DNA from: Candidatus Omnitrophota bacterium
GTDB taxonomy: Bacteria > Omnitrophota > Gorgyraeia > Gygaellales > Profunditerraquicolaceae
Direction: 5' to 3'
Assembly (NCBI GenBank): GCA_026387335.1
Contig: JAPLLX010000006.1
Coordinates: 44,949 to 108,948 of the forward strand
Length of the DNA stretch: 64,000 nucleotides
Part shown: in pieces, positions 6,767-17,417 of the stretch
Layout: each line of letters begins with the position of its first letter
Position numbering within the stretch: the stretch's first letter is position 1
Notes under the pieces: generated by a model
What the model was told of the DNA's origin: nothing
What the model saw: the letters and a program-made list of their open reading frames with translations, nothing else
Database searches by the model: none
Program-made: the position numbers and the translations under genes

Positions 6767-7261
6767 CTACCAGAAATCGCTATATAAGTATTTAGCCTGG
6801 CTTCTGTTAACGCCCAAAAGCAGGCTTTCCCAAAAGATTTTCCTTAGGCCAAAACCAATGTTATACTTTGGCCTTTCACCTTGGGAAGATATGCGGGTTT
6901 GATTAAAAATCACTATATCTTTAAATTGTGAACCAAACAAAGGCTGGATTGTTTCTATAAAATACTGCGGTTTTTGGTCAGAACCGGCTTGTACTGTAAA
7001 ATTCGTACGCCTGACCCATTCCGGGACAACCCAAGAATCTTCCTGATCATCTTCTTTTTTTACTTTTTCTTTGGGGGATCCTAGCTTATTAACAGTATTA
7101 TCAGCTTTTTTCAATTCAGCGAGATGGAATGAAGAATCAACGGCCCTATCTGATGAAGCTGCGGAAAGATATGTGGAAGGAAAACAGAATGAAATGAAAA
7201 AGACTAAAATTATCTTTTTATTCATTTGAAATAGTCTATTACTATCTATTTTATTTGTCAA
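6767..7261 (-). CDS. N-terminal part of the same putative secreted/outer-membrane protein; has a signal peptide
   Basis: MNKKIILVFFISFCFPSTYLSAAS is a signal peptide. The ORF ends at a TAG next to the GCCTACCAG-GT-GCCTACCAG tandem repeat. Confidence 0.35.
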   Translation of the reverse strand: MTNKIDSNRLFQMNKKIILVFFISFCFPSTYLSAASSDRAVDSSFHLAELKKADNTVNKLGSPKEKVKKEDDQEDSWVVPEWVRRTNFTVQAGSDQKPQYFIETIQPLFGSQFKDIVIFNQTRISSQGERPKYNIGFGLRKIFWESLLLGVNRSQAKYLYSDFW

Positions 7262-7290
7262 GAACTTTTTTTTGCGCTTTGTATGGTTTG

Positions 7291-7330
7291 TCCAGAAAAA
7301 ATAAGGGCTGAACGATTAAGCCCAGCCCTT
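7291..7330 (-). terminator. Rho-independent terminator after ORF 7340..7708
   Basis: On the minus strand, AAGGGCTG-12 nt loop-CAGCCCTT is followed by AUUUUUUCU. Confidence 0.6.
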
Positions 7331-7339
7331 AAGGTAAAA

Positions 7340-7708
7340 CTAACTCTTAGTTTTCTCCTGATAAACCTCCAGCACTTCATTGGTATCTTTATCAATAAAT
7401 ACCCAGATATCCGGAAGCGGCTCTTTATAATCAAAAAGGACTATCTTGTAGTTCTTCAGGAAACCCCTGCGCATGATCCCGTGATTTGGCGATTGGTCCT
7501 CCCCTACTAAATAACCCGCCCTTTCATTCCAGAGTTTTCCGCCCTCGTCATAAATAACATCGACATCTTTAACGTCAAAATTATTCGCTTTCACCGCTTC
7601 GGTAGCTATAGCAATAACCTCGCTATTTGTTTTCTCCTGCGCGTAAAGCCAAGCTACGCCTAGAAATAAGCACATTACCATTAACGCCATTATTGTGAAT
7701 TTCTTCAT
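7340..7708 (-). CDS. Small secreted protein with a signal peptide
   Basis: MKKFTIMALMVMCLFLGVAWLYAQ is a signal peptide. A rho-independent terminator follows the gene. Confidence 0.45.
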   Translation of the reverse strand: MKKFTIMALMVMCLFLGVAWLYAQEKTNSEVIAIATEAVKANNFDVKDVDVIYDEGGKLWNERAGYLVGEDQSPNHGIMRRGFLKNYKIVLFDYKEPLPDIWVFIDKDTNEVLEVYQEKTKS

Positions 7709-7737
7709 CCCTTCCCCTTTCTAAATGCCAATTTTTC

Positions 7738-7902
7738 TTAACGTCCTTCGTTCTTACGCTTGGAATAACATTCTTTACAGTATATCGGACGGTCTTCTCT
7801 GGGTTTAAAAGGTACTTCGCACTCTTTTTTACATTCTGAACAAATCGCCTTGTGCATCTCTCTTGGTCCACCGAATCCACCGCCGCCGCCTTGATACGCC
7901 AT
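7738..7902 (-). CDS. Unannotated 54-aa Gly-rich CxxC...CxxC zinc-ribbon mini-protein
   Basis: Translating the reverse complement gives MAYQGGGGGFGGPREMHKAICSECKKECEVPFKPREDRPIYCKECYSKRKNEGR*. GGAGGAAAC lies just upstream of the ATG. The overlapping ORF-track call 7623..7880 is in a different frame. Confidence 0.5.
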   Translation of the reverse strand: MAYQGGGGGFGGPREMHKAICSECKKECEVPFKPREDRPIYCKECYSKRKNEGR

Positions 7903-7944
7903 GTTTCCTCCTTTTTTATCCAGCCTTACTTATGCTGGTTCCGG

Positions 7945-10900
7945 TTATTTTTTTATATGGTATTCCTGTAATGACTTAAGACAAATATCGCTTCCCTGCA
8001 TTGCCTCAATCGCTTCCACGCTGGCCCGGGCAGCGGCCATAGTGGTAATATAGGGCAATTTATGCTGAATAGCCATTATCCGGATATAGCTGTCATCAAA
8101 CTTGCTGGCCCGGCCAACAGGAGTATTTAAAATTAAATTAACCTCCTTATTTTTAATCGCATCGGCGATATTGGGCCTACCCTCATGCAGCTTTTTAATA
8201 GGAGAGCTCTCTATGCCTTTGCCTTTAAGAAACGCGCCGGTGTTTTCAGTGGCAAAAATAGAAAACCCTAATTTTTTAAGCCGGCGGGCAATATCCACTA
8301 CCTCTTCTTTATCTTTATCATTCACCGTCAGTAATACACTTCCGGAAAGCGGCAGCTTTAAGCCGGCTGCTTCCTGGGCCTTATAAAAGGCCAGGCCAAA
8401 GGTATCGGCAATCCCCATTACCTCTCCGGTGGCTTTCATCTCCGGCCCTAAAACCGGGTCAACTTCCGGAAACATATTAAACGGAAAGACCGCTTCCTTT
8501 ACCCCAAACCAGGCAAGTTTGCGTTTTTCATCTAATTCCGGAAAATCCTTTAATTTTTTCCCCAGCATTAATTGGGTGGCGATACGCGCGATGAGGACCC
8601 CGGTGACTTTTGAGACAACCGGAACAGTGCGGGAAGCGCGCGGGTTTGCCTCTAAAATATAAACCTTATCATTGCAAATCGCGTATTGAATATTCATTAA
8701 ACCCACGACTTTCAAAGTAGTAGCGATTTTATGGGTATACTTCCGGATAGTTTCTAAATGCTCCGGTTTAATCGAGCGGGATGGAATCGCGCAGGCGGAA
8801 TCTCCGGAATGAATCCCTGCGTATTCAATATGCTCCATAATTGCGGCGACAAATGTATCATTGCCGTCCGAGAGCGCGTCTACTTCAGTTTCCAGCGCGT
8901 TATCCAGGAAGCGGTCAATAAGCATCGGGAATTCGGGACGCACCTGTATTGCTTCCAGCGCGCATTTACGCAGCATAGCCTCATCGTAAATGATCTCCAT
9001 TCCCCTGCCGCCTAAAACAAAAGAAGGCCGCACCATTAAGGGATAGCCTATTGCGTTAGCGATCTTAACTGCCTCATCCAGCGAACGGGCAGTCCCGCTC
9101 TCCGGTTGGGGAATATCTAACTCGATCATTTTCTGCCTGAAGAGTTCGCGGTCCTCGGCAAAAGCGATACTTTCAGGAGTCGTCCCTAAAATCTTTACCC
9201 CGCATTCTTTTAACTCCTGGGCAATGTTTAAGGGAGTCTGGCCGCCAAACTGCACAATCACACCAGCGGGCTTTTCCTTTTCATAAATTGCTAAAACATC
9301 TTCAATGGTGAGCGGCTCAAAATAAAGTTTATTGGAAGTATCGTAATCGGTAGAGACTGTTTCCGGATTACAATTAACCATTATTGACTCCAAACCAGCG
9401 TCGCGCAGCGCGAAAGCCGCGTGCACGCAGGTATAATCAAATTCAATACCCTGGCCGATACGGTTAGGCCCGCCGCCTAAAATCATAATCTTCTTACGGC
9501 TGGATACCGGAACTTCGTCCTTTCCCGGGCTGTAAGTAGAATAATAATATTTGGCATCTTCTACCCCGCTCACCGGGACTGCCTCAAACCTGGCGATTTT
9601 ACCCAGCTTAACCCTGCGCAGCCTAACCTCTGATTCCTTTACGCTGAAAAGTTTGGCCATATATTTATCCGCAAAACCCCATTCCTTGGCTTTGAGCAAC
9701 TGGGCATCGGGTAATTTATTCCAGGTATAGGTTAAAAGTTTTTCTTCAAAATCCACTAACTCTTTTATCTCATTTATGAACCACTCGCCGATATACGTCA
9801 TCTCATACAATTCATTAACGCCCATTCCTTTACGCAAGGCTTCATACATAAGAAAAATCCGTTCACTGGACGGCATGCTCAAGCGCTGTTTTAACTCATC
9901 GAGAGATAATTCTTTGAAATTTTTTGCTCCTCCTACGCCATACCTGCCGATTTCCAGCGAACGTATGGACTTCTGGAAGGCCTCCTTAAAAGTTTTACCT
10001 ATACTCATCACTTCGCCGACTGCTTTCATTTGGGTCCCTAAAATATCTTTTGCCTTGGGGAATTTTTCAAATGCCCAACGGGCGAATTTAATTACCACAT
10101 AGTCACCGCTAGGGGTATATTTTTCCAGGGTCCCATCCCTCCAGTAAGGGATTTCATCCAACGTAAGGCCTGCGGCAAGTTTTGTTGACACAGAAGCAAT
10201 CGGAAAACCGGTTGCCTTTGAGGCCAATGCCGATGAACGCGAGGTGCGCGGGTTAATTTCAATTACAACCAAACGATCATCTTTTTTATTATGCGCAAAC
10301 TGGATATTGGTTCCGCCAACTACTCCAATCGCGTCAACAATCTTATAGGATAACTCCTGCATCCTAATCTGCAACTCCTGCGGGACAGTAAGCATAGGCG
10401 CAACGCAGAAACTGTCTCCGGTATGTACACCCATCGCGTCTATGTTCTCAATAAAACAAACAGTGATCTTCTGGTTTTTATTATCCCGCACTACCTCAAG
10501 CTCAAGTTCCTCCCATCCGATTACCGCCTCTTCCACTAAAATCTGATGGACTAAACTCATATTTAACCCGCGCTGGGCAATCACTCTTAATTCTTCAACA
10601 TTGTAGACTATCCCGCCGCCGGTCCCGCCTAATGTATATGCCGGCCGGATTACTACCGGATAGCCTAATTTTGAGGCAATGACTTCAGCTTCTTCTACAC
10701 AAAGAGCAATCTCTGATTGCGGAACAGGAATACCTAATTGTTTCATAGTTTGCTTAAAGACTTCCCGGTCCTCTCCGCGCTCAATCGCGTCAGCTTTGAC
10801 TCCGATTACTTCCACTCCGTATTTTTTCAAAACCCCGGATTTAAAAAGGCTGGAAGCCAGGTTCAGGCCGGTCTGACCGCCTAAATTCGGAAGTAAGGCG

Positions 10901-11151
10901 TCGGGTTTTTCTTTCGCGATTATCTTTTCCAGGCTTTCCGGAGTAAGCGGCTCAATATAGGTCCTGTCCGCCATTTCCGGGTCAGTCATAATCGTGGCCG
11001 GATTAGAATTAACTAAGACAATTTCATAACCTTCTTTCCTAAGCGCCTTACAGGCTTGCGTGCCGGAATAATCAAACTCGCAGGCCTGGCCGATAATAAT
11101 CGGGCCCGATCCAATAATTAATACTTTTTTAATATCTGAACGCCGGGGCAT
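7945..11151 (-). CDS. carB: Carbamoyl-phosphate synthase large subunit
   Basis: It starts MPRRSDIKKVLIIGSGPIIIGQACEFDYSGTQACKAL. It has duplicated ATP-grasp halves and a C-terminal MGS-like domain. Length is about 1068 aa. Confidence 0.93.
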   Translation of the reverse strand: MPRRSDIKKVLIIGSGPIIIGQACEFDYSGTQACKALRKEGYEIVLVNSNPATIMTDPEMADRTYIEPLTPESLEKIIAKEKPDALLPNLGGQTGLNLASSLFKSGVLKKYGVEVIGVKADAIERGEDREVFKQTMKQLGIPVPQSEIALCVEEAEVIASKLGYPVVIRPAYTLGGTGGGIVYNVEELRVIAQRGLNMSLVHQILVEEAVIGWEELELEVVRDNKNQKITVCFIENIDAMGVHTGDSFCVAPMLTVPQELQIRMQELSYKIVDAIGVVGGTNIQFAHNKKDDRLVVIEINPRTSRSSALASKATGFPIASVSTKLAAGLTLDEIPYWRDGTLEKYTPSGDYVVIKFARWAFEKFPKAKDILGTQMKAVGEVMSIGKTFKEAFQKSIRSLEIGRYGVGGAKNFKELSLDELKQRLSMPSSERIFLMYEALRKGMGVNELYEMTYIGEWFINEIKELVDFEEKLLTYTWNKLPDAQLLKAKEWGFADKYMAKLFSVKESEVRLRRVKLGKIARFEAVPVSGVEDAKYYYSTYSPGKDEVPVSSRKKIMILGGGPNRIGQGIEFDYTCVHAAFALRDAGLESIMVNCNPETVSTDYDTSNKLYFEPLTIEDVLAIYEKEKPAGVIVQFGGQTPLNIAQELKECGVKILGTTPESIAFAEDRELFRQKMIELDIPQPESGTARSLDEAVKIANAIGYPLMVRPSFVLGGRGMEIIYDEAMLRKCALEAIQVRPEFPMLIDRFLDNALETEVDALSDGNDTFVAAIMEHIEYAGIHSGDSACAIPSRSIKPEHLETIRKYTHKIATTLKVVGLMNIQYAICNDKVYILEANPRASRTVPVVSKVTGVLIARIATQLMLGKKLKDFPELDEKRKLAWFGVKEAVFPFNMFPEVDPVLGPEMKATGEVMGIADTFGLAFYKAQEAAGLKLPLSGSVLLTVNDKDKEEVVDIARRLKKLGFSIFATENTGAFLKGKGIESSPIKKLHEGRPNIADAIKNKEVNLILNTPVGRASKFDDSYIRIMAIQHKLPYITTMAAARASVEAIEAMQGSDICLKSLQEYHIKK

Positions 11152-11292
11152 AACTCCTCCTTGCGCAGAAGCGCATCCACCTCGCCCGATTGGAGTGGCG
11201 AGTGTATGCTTTCTGCATAACCGGCCTATTGCCGCACTGGGCGGCACACCCGCCATTCCGATATGGCGGGGTGCTAGATAAGGCCGGGTGTA

Positions 11293-11787
11293 TTAACGAT
11301 AATTACCAAAACTAAGCGGAATGGAAAAATCTAATCCTCTTAGGTGAACGATGACTGCCTGTAATTCATCTTTTTTAGCGGAACTGACCTTTATCTTCTC
11401 TCCTTCTATTTGAGTCTGCACTTTTAAACCTAACCCTTTTATAATGCCGGCCAATTCTTTGGCCTTTTCTTTTTCAATACCCATACAAATTTGAACTGTC
11501 TGGCGCAGATAACCTTCAAAGGCCTTTTCCGGATCATTAAATTTAAGGGACTTAAGAGAAACTCCTCTTTTAGCCAGCCGCGTAGCCAGCATATCAGTAA
11601 GGGCGCGCAGCTTAAATTCATCATCCGCGACTAAAGTAATTTTCTCTTCTTTACGATCAAAAACAATGGAAGCCTTGCTATCTTTAAAATCATAGCGTTG
11701 AGCCAGTTCCTTACACGCTTGATTTACCGCGTTATCCACTTCCTGTAAATCAACTTCCGAAACAATATCAAATGAAAAATTTGCCAT
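11293..11787 (-). CDS. yajQ: YajQ/UPF0234 family nucleotide-binding protein
   Basis: MANFSFDIVSEVDLQEVDNAVNQA...KDSKASIVFDRKEEKITL is the conserved YajQ pattern. Confidence 0.8.
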   Translation of the reverse strand: MANFSFDIVSEVDLQEVDNAVNQACKELAQRYDFKDSKASIVFDRKEEKITLVADDEFKLRALTDMLATRLAKRGVSLKSLKFNDPEKAFEGYLRQTVQICMGIEKEKAKELAGIIKGLGLKVQTQIEGEKIKVSSAKKDELQAVIVHLRGLDFSIPLSFGNYR

Positions 11788-11806
11788 ATCTATTTCTCCT
11801 TAAGCC

Positions 11807-12877
11807 TTACAACTCTATGAGTTCGTAATCCAGGCTGCCTAAGCCGATGCTTTGAGCGTATTCCAGTTGCTTAATTCCATCCTGGTCAGGATGCGTAGCT
11901 TTAAAGATATCTTTGCCGCTTGCCTTATTCACTAAATCTAAACTGGCCTTATCAATGCTTACCGGGTCAAGTGCAGCAAGTATTCCGACATCCGGCGCTA
12001 TCCGCGGGTTATCCGCGCCCCAACAGTCGCACTCTTTATTTATTTTAAGCGCAAAATTTATAAAAGCTGACCGGTTCTTCTTATCTTTAAGCACCGCTAA
12101 GCTATATTCAGCCATCTTACTCTGGGTCTTATCCCCTGCCGCAAAGTCTATAAACATCGCCATAGTCGGACAAACTGCCATACAGCTGGCGCAACCAATA
12201 CATTTTGTTTTATCTATTACGGACTTCTTTTTTTCAATGCGAATCGCCTTTACCGGGCATATTCTGGCGCATTCAGCGCAGCCAATACATTTATCTAAAT
12301 GGACAACCGGAGAAACATCGCAATGCTGGGCAAGCTTGCCATCTCTAGTGGCACAACCCATACCGATATTCTTTATTGCCCCTCCAAAGCCGGTCAGTAT
12401 ATGGCCCTTAAAATGGCTGACTGCGACAAGCGCATCCGCGTCGATAAAAATACGGGCGACTTTAGCAGTTTTAATAAATTCTTGGTTAATCGGTATCTCA
12501 ATTTTATCGGCTACGCTATTATCGTCAGGGATAATAAGCTCAACCCCTACCGCTTCTCTGGTAAAACCGTGCTCGTAAGCAACTGCCAAGTGGTCTTTAG
12601 AATTCAGGCGCCGGCCGCGATAAAGCGTGTTGGCGTCTGATAAAAACGCTTTTCCGCCCCGGCTAGCGATAGCCTCGCAGATTACGGCCGCATGAGCGGG
12701 ATTTACAAAGCCGGTATTGCCTTCTTCGCCGAAATGGATCTTTACCGCAACTTTATATTCTTCCTGAATAAAATCAAATAGCGAGCTTTCTTTAAGCAGC
12801 CGCTTGATCTTTGCGTTGATAACGTAAATGTTATCTGCCGGGCCTACCGGGATAAAATATACTTTGCTTGCCATAAG
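11807..12877 (-). CDS. DUF362 domain protein with two 4Fe-4S ferredoxin motifs
   Basis: [12 protein letters not shown] and [12 protein letters not shown] are the ferredoxin motifs, and the body is DUF362-like. The start is moved to [12 protein letters not shown]. Confidence 0.7.
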   Translation of the reverse strand, partial: LMASKVYFIPVGPADNIYVINAKIKRLLKESSLFDFIQEEYKVAVKIHFGEEGNTGFVNPAHAAVICEAIASRGGKAFLSDANTLYRGRRLNSKDHLAVAYEHGFTREAVGVELIIPDDNSVADKIEIPINQEFIKTAKVARIFIDADALVAVSHFKGHILTGFGGAIKNIGMGCATRDGKLAQHCDVSPVVHLDKCIGCAECARICPVKAIRIEKKKSVIDKTKCIGCASCMAVCPTMAMFIDFAAGDKTQSKMAEYSLAVLKDKKNRSAFINFALKINKECDCWGADNPRIAPDVGILAALDPVSIDKASLDLVNKASGKDIFKATHPDQDGIKQLEYAQSIGLGSLDYELIEL

Positions 12878-14628
12878 AGAAAGATACTCCTGAGAGATCC
12901 CAAGAATACGATTACGACCAAAGAAATCATCACCCCGCAAAGACCGGCATTTAAGTTGCCTTGCAAATTATGTTTAGGCAAATAATTACCGGTAATACTT
13001 AAGACGCCGGCAACCACTGTTGTGGCAAACATAAAGAGCGCCGGAATAAAAGTAACCAGGGAATAGCTCCACTTTTTAGTATGCCTGAGGATAAATAAGG
13101 TCCCGATGAGCAAGGCCAGAGTTGCCAAAAGCTGATTAGCCACTCCAAACATCGGCCAGATAGTGGAGATTTCCCCATTATACACCATATACCCCCAGAA
13201 AGTAGTGATAATCCCGGCGGTAAGCATAATCCCCCATAAAGATTTAGTTATTTTTTGCCTGGGACTGCCTAATTTTACCAGTTCTTCCAGGATATAGCGG
13301 GCTACGCGCGTACCGGTATCCACTGTAGTCAAGATAAAAAGCGCCTCAAACATAATCGCGAAATGATACCAATAACCCATAAGCGCCTTCATCCCGGGGA
13401 TAGCGGATAAAATTACCGACATTCCGGCTGCTAGAGAGACCGCCCCTCCGGTTCTTCCGGCTAATACCTCCCCGGTCATCTTTTCTATCTCCGCCAGATG
13501 AGTAACGCTTAGCCCTAATTTCTGAAAGACATCTACCGGCACATTGATCGCAAAATAATCACCCGGCAAAAGCACGGTCGCCGCGATTAAAGCCATAATA
13601 GAAACTACTGCCTCCACCAGCATCGCGCCAAATCCGATCATCCGGATATCTGACTCTTTATTGATCATTTTAGGAGTAGTCCCGGAACTTATCAGGCTAT
13701 GAAATCCGCTGATCGCGCCGCAGGCAATGGTAATACAGACAAACGGCCAGACCTTTCCCGGGATGATCGGCCCGCCTCCGTGAATAAAACTCGTTACTGC
13801 CGGCATATTTAAGCGCGGATTAACCACAAATATCCCCACTACCAAAAGTAAAATAGTCCCTATCTTCATATATGAACTCATATAATCGCGCGGGCACAAT
13901 AAAAGCCATACCGGAAGAACCGAAGCGATAAATCCGTAAATAGGAAGAATTATGGAAAGCTGGGGTTTAGAAAATAAAAAATAGTGGCCGAATGCGGATT
14001 TAGAAAATGGTTCGCCCAAAACTACACCGGCAGTGACTATTAGAACTCCGATTAAAGATGCTTCAAATATTTTACCCGGCCGCAGCTTATACATATACAA
14101 AGCGACAATTAAAGCTGCCGGAATTGTAATAGCGATAGTAAATGTCGCCCAGGAACTCTCGCTAAGCGCGTTAACCACAACTAGGGCCAACCCGGCTAAA
14201 GCGGTAATAATAATAAAGAGAACAGCAAAACCTGTAGCTAGCCCCGCTGTTTTACCGATATTCTTACGCGCAAGACGGGTAAGCGAAAGCCCTTTTGTCC
14301 TTACCGAAGCAAAAAGGATGACTGTATCGTGCACAGCGCCGCCTAAAACCGCTCCGATAAGAATCCATAAAAAACCGGGCAGATATCCAAACTGCGCGGC
14401 TAAGACCGGGCCGACTAAAGGCCCGGCTCCGGAAATCGCGGCAAAGTGGTGTCCAAAAAGCACAAATTTATTGGTAGGATGATAATCCCGGCCATCCTTA
14501 TAGGTATGGCCGGGCGTAGGACGTTTATCGTTAAGTACAAGAATCTTAGTTATGATAAACTTGGCGTAAAAGCGGTAGGCCAGGGCAAATACCAGCAGGC
14601 TGACTATTACTAAGGTTAAGGCGTGCAT
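12844..14628 (-). CDS. cstA: Carbon starvation protein A (peptide/pyruvate transporter family)
   Basis: 594-aa polytopic membrane protein. The N-terminus [25 protein letters not shown] and the conserved ...[28 protein letters not shown]... are typical of CstA. Confidence 0.85.
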   Translation of the reverse strand: MHALTLVIVSLLVFALAYRFYAKFIITKILVLNDKRPTPGHTYKDGRDYHPTNKFVLFGHHFAAISGAGPLVGPVLAAQFGYLPGFLWILIGAVLGGAVHDTVILFASVRTKGLSLTRLARKNIGKTAGLATGFAVLFIIITALAGLALVVVNALSESSWATFTIAITIPAALIVALYMYKLRPGKIFEASLIGVLIVTAGVVLGEPFSKSAFGHYFLFSKPQLSIILPIYGFIASVLPVWLLLCPRDYMSSYMKIGTILLLVVGIFVVNPRLNMPAVTSFIHGGGPIIPGKVWPFVCITIACGAISGFHSLISSGTTPKMINKESDIRMIGFGAMLVEAVVSIMALIAATVLLPGDYFAINVPVDVFQKLGLSVTHLAEIEKMTGEVLAGRTGGAVSLAAGMSVILSAIPGMKALMGYWYHFAIMFEALFILTTVDTGTRVARYILEELVKLGSPRQKITKSLWGIMLTAGIITTFWGYMVYNGEISTIWPMFGVANQLLATLALLIGTLFILRHTKKWSYSLVTFIPALFMFATTVVAGVLSITGNYLPKHNLQGNLNAGLCGVMISLVVIVFLGSLRSIFLLWQAKYILSR

Positions 14629-14637
14629 TTATGTTGA

Positions 14638-15417
14638 TTAATCCAATATTATCTCTTGAAATGGCCCAGGGGAGACTGCAACAGAACCTGTAAAAGGATA
14701 ATCCATTGACATAATAGCGAATAAAATTAAGGCTATGGTTGCCGAAAGTAAAACCCCCATGATGATTTGGGCCTTAAGATTCTCCACCCCAAACAAGAAT
14801 GTAAAAGAAATAGTAGCTACAGCCCCTGCTACTAAAACAAACCACAATAAAGGCTGCATTCCGCTCCTGGAATCCATCAAGCGCAACCTCCTAAGCTCCC
14901 TAAAGGAATTTAACTTACGCACTGATTCATCAAAGAATGATTGCTCGGTCGAGTTTTTGGGCGCGTAAGTCGTATATAATTCCCAGACTTGTTTCATTAA
15001 TTTCTCTACTTCCGGGCTCATCTGGCCCCTGGACATAGTCTTCCATTCATATTTAATCACCGCATCCCTATATTCCTGTAATAAAACGCTTACCTTGGCC
15101 CTAAAATCAGGCGAGAGGCCTTCGGCATCCCGGTAAATATCAGCCAGCGAATTTGCTTCCTGCTGCACGTTAGAATTTGATTTATCAAAACTCACCCAGA
15201 CAGTAACCACGACAAACGCCAAAAGCACCGAATAAATCGCGCCCATTACCCCAAGAAGCGGATCCGCGACATCATGATGTAATTTTAATTTATGGTGGGG
15301 AATTAGACGGCGCGTAATTAACACCCCAACCACGGTCAAAAGCACAGCCCCTCCTACCACCAGAAAACCTAAAACAAAAAAAGGGACTTCTACTAACAAC
15401 CTTTGCATTATGGGCAT
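14638..15417 (-). CDS. Hypothetical membrane protein with TM segments at both ends and a soluble central region
   Basis: It has hydrophobic N- and C-terminal segments. I did not recognise a family with confidence. Confidence 0.35.
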   Translation of the reverse strand: MPIMQRLLVEVPFFVLGFLVVGGAVLLTVVGVLITRRLIPHHKLKLHHDVADPLLGVMGAIYSVLLAFVVVTVWVSFDKSNSNVQQEANSLADIYRDAEGLSPDFRAKVSVLLQEYRDAVIKYEWKTMSRGQMSPEVEKLMKQVWELYTTYAPKNSTEQSFFDESVRKLNSFRELRRLRLMDSRSGMQPLLWFVLVAGAVATISFTFLFGVENLKAQIIMGVLLSATIALILFAIMSMDYPFTGSVAVSPGPFQEIILD

Positions 15418-15441
15418 TTATTTCTCCTGGATTAAAAAACC

Positions 15442-15948
15442 TTATCTAGATTTATCTAAATCTATTATCCGGGTGTTCCCGAATATTGTTTTAGTGACCG
15501 GCTTGGAAAGATTACTTAACTTATCGGTGACTTCGCTGATACGCTCAAAATTACCCTTAATGGCAGTCAACCTATCCCGCATCTCCTGCGGAAGTTCCAG
15601 TTTCTTGGCTTCATCCTCAATCAACTGAAAGTTGCCTCTTATAACCAATAGCGGATTGCTTATCTCATCCCCCAAAGCCAGGGTAGTCTCGGTTATGGCG
15701 GCCAGCCTGTTCTTTTCAATCAATTCGGTGATCAAAGACATGAGCATCTTCCTGCCCACAACTATGCCTAAGATAAAAACTACTACCGTAAAGAACATAA
15801 CGTAACCTATTTCTCCCACAAAAACCTTAAAAGAAGAAATCTTGGTCGCTAATAAATAGACAAAAACCAGAAAGGGGATAATTCCGATAAGAGATATTGT
15901 CATATTGAAATTACGTCTTTCTTTTAGAATAAGCTCTTTAATAGTCAT
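15442..15948 (-). CDS. Membrane protein with a coiled-coil, HisKA-like dimerization segment but no phospho-acceptor His
   Basis: It has two N-terminal TM helices. ...LALGDEISNPLLVIRGNFQLI... resembles a kinase H-box without the His. Confidence 0.3.
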   Translation of the reverse strand: MTIKELILKERRNFNMTISLIGIIPFLVFVYLLATKISSFKVFVGEIGYVMFFTVVVFILGIVVGRKMLMSLITELIEKNRLAAITETTLALGDEISNPLLVIRGNFQLIEDEAKKLELPQEMRDRLTAIKGNFERISEVTDKLSNLSKPVTKTIFGNTRIIDLDKSR

Positions 15949-16438
15949 TATTTCCTCTCCGCCTGTTTATAGACAGGCTATTTTTAAGTATGATCAATAA
16001 AACAACATAAGAAATTGCCGCCAGCAATAAAGAAATAACCAAATACCCGGTTACAACCGGTAGGGCTATCTTTAAAATTGAGGCGCTAAAGAAGTTTTGC
16101 CAATGCCAATTGCTTATAACCAGAGCCCAATCAGACTTTAGGCTTGGCCAACTTACATTAAATATAGCAGAACCGGTTTTAATTGCCAAGAGAAAAGTTA
16201 CCAAACTTAGCCAGGTATTGGTAAGCAGGCTTGAGGCTAAGGCGCTGGCGCGGTTGGCCCTGAATACAAATGCCAGAAACAAAGCTGCCAATGGCCCTGT
16301 CCCGGGTAAAATACCGGCAAAAACACCTAAGCCAAAGCCAAAAGCTATCCTTTGAGGTGTATCGTTAATCTTAAAAAGCTTCTCGTATAAGAAATCTTTT
16401 ATTTTTAGAAATACGCTTTTAGCCTTCTCTTTATCCAT
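15938..16438 (-). CDS. DUF2062 family membrane protein
   Basis: TPQRIAFGFGLGVFAGILPGTGPLAALFLAFVFRANRASAL matches the DUF2062 signature. Confidence 0.55.
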   Translation of the reverse strand: MDKEKAKSVFLKIKDFLYEKLFKINDTPQRIAFGFGLGVFAGILPGTGPLAALFLAFVFRANRASALASSLLTNTWLSLVTFLLAIKTGSAIFNVSWPSLKSDWALVISNWHWQNFFSASILKIALPVVTGYLVISLLLAAISYVVLLIILKNSLSINRRRGNNDY

Positions 16439-17417
16439 CTTTTAATACTGATTTTATATTTACTCCGGCAAACCTTTCTGAGGCCAATGATTCCTGGACC
16501 CAGCCGTTGTGTAAATTATACTTATCCATAATCTCTTTAGCCTGTGTATATTCCTTAAGTTTCAGCCGCCGGCTGATTTCTTTAAACTCTTGGGCCCTAT
16601 GATACGGCAGATACTGGCTCATCAGGCTTATGTAAGTATCCGTAGATAGCTCTTGAGCAATAAACTGCATAATTTTTTCTGTCCCGGAAATATTATTAGG
16701 CAAAACCAGGTGCCTGATGATTATCCCGCGTTCCATTATTCCGTTTTCATCCAGTTGAGCGTTTCCCACCTGCCTGAACATCTCCTTTAAGGCCTGACGG
16801 TTATATTCCGGATAACCCTCGGCTAGAGAAAACTTAACCGCGCAAGGCTCATCGGCATAACGCATATCCGGTAAATATATATCTATAATACCGTCGAGTA
16901 ACTGGATGATTTCAGGCAATTCATAACCGCTGGTATTATAAACCAGCGGGATGTTTAGCCCCAAAGTAATAGCTATTTTTAAACTTTTAAGGATCTGCGG
17001 CAATACATGCGTAGGAGTGACTAAATTGATGTTATGGCACTCCCGAGACTGTAATTCCAGCATATAACCGGCTAAATCCTGAAACTCAACTTCTCTTCCC
17101 CTGCCCATCTGGCTGAATTCATAATTCTGGCAGTAAACACATCCCATATTGCAATTTGAAAAGAAGATCGTGCCTGAACCTTTCACTCCTGAAATGGCTG
17201 GCTCCTCTCCTCTATGCGCCATATAGCTATAAACCTTGGGCTTGCATCCGGTTTTACAAAAACCCCGTTCACCCTTGAGCCGGTTGACTTTACATTTACG
17301 CGGGCAAATAACGCAAGCCTTAAGCATCTCTTCCAGCTTCTTAATGGCCGCATCAAGTTTGCCGTTTTGAAAAGACTCTAAATAAACCGGTCTAACGCTT
17401 TTTTGTTTGTTCGGCAT
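16431..17417 (-). CDS. Radical SAM protein, AmmeMemoRadiSam-system / PFL-activase-like
   Basis: CNMGCVYCQN is the radical-SAM CxxxCxxC motif. The N-terminus carries an extra cluster, CVICPRKCKV...GFCKTGC. Length is 328 aa. Confidence 0.65.
   Translation of the reverse strand: MPNKQKSVRPVYLESFQNGKLDAAIKKLEEMLKACVICPRKCKVNRLKGERGFCKTGCKPKVYSYMAHRGEEPAISGVKGSGTIFFSNCNMGCVYCQNYEFSQMGRGREVEFQDLAGYMLELQSRECHNINLVTPTHVLPQILKSLKIAITLGLNIPLVYNTSGYELPEIIQLLDGIIDIYLPDMRYADEPCAVKFSLAEGYPEYNRQALKEMFRQVGNAQLDENGIMERGIIIRHLVLPNNISGTEKIMQFIAQELSTDTYISLMSQYLPYHRAQEFKEISRRLKLKEYTQAKEIMDKYNLHNGWVQESLASERFAGVNIKSVLKDG

Noticed and set aside
7623-7880. ORF-track CDS 7623..7880 (minus strand)
   Set aside because: It overlaps, in a different frame, the better-supported 54-aa CxxC mini-protein (7738..7902), which has a Shine-Dalgarno site and a coherent zinc-ribbon sequence.
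8102-10876. Several 60-110-aa ORFs on the plus strand inside carB (8102..8386, 8429..8662, 8758..9015, 9776..10102, 10679..10876)
   Set aside because: They are antisense to a long, well-supported carB reading frame. They have low complexity (Ser/Ala/Pro-rich) and no Shine-Dalgarno sites. They are typical shadow ORFs.
15442-15948. Histidine kinase call for the 168-aa membrane protein
   Set aside because: It has a HisKA-like helix but no conserved His and no HATPase_c domain. I kept it only as a low-confidence pseudo-kinase-like protein.
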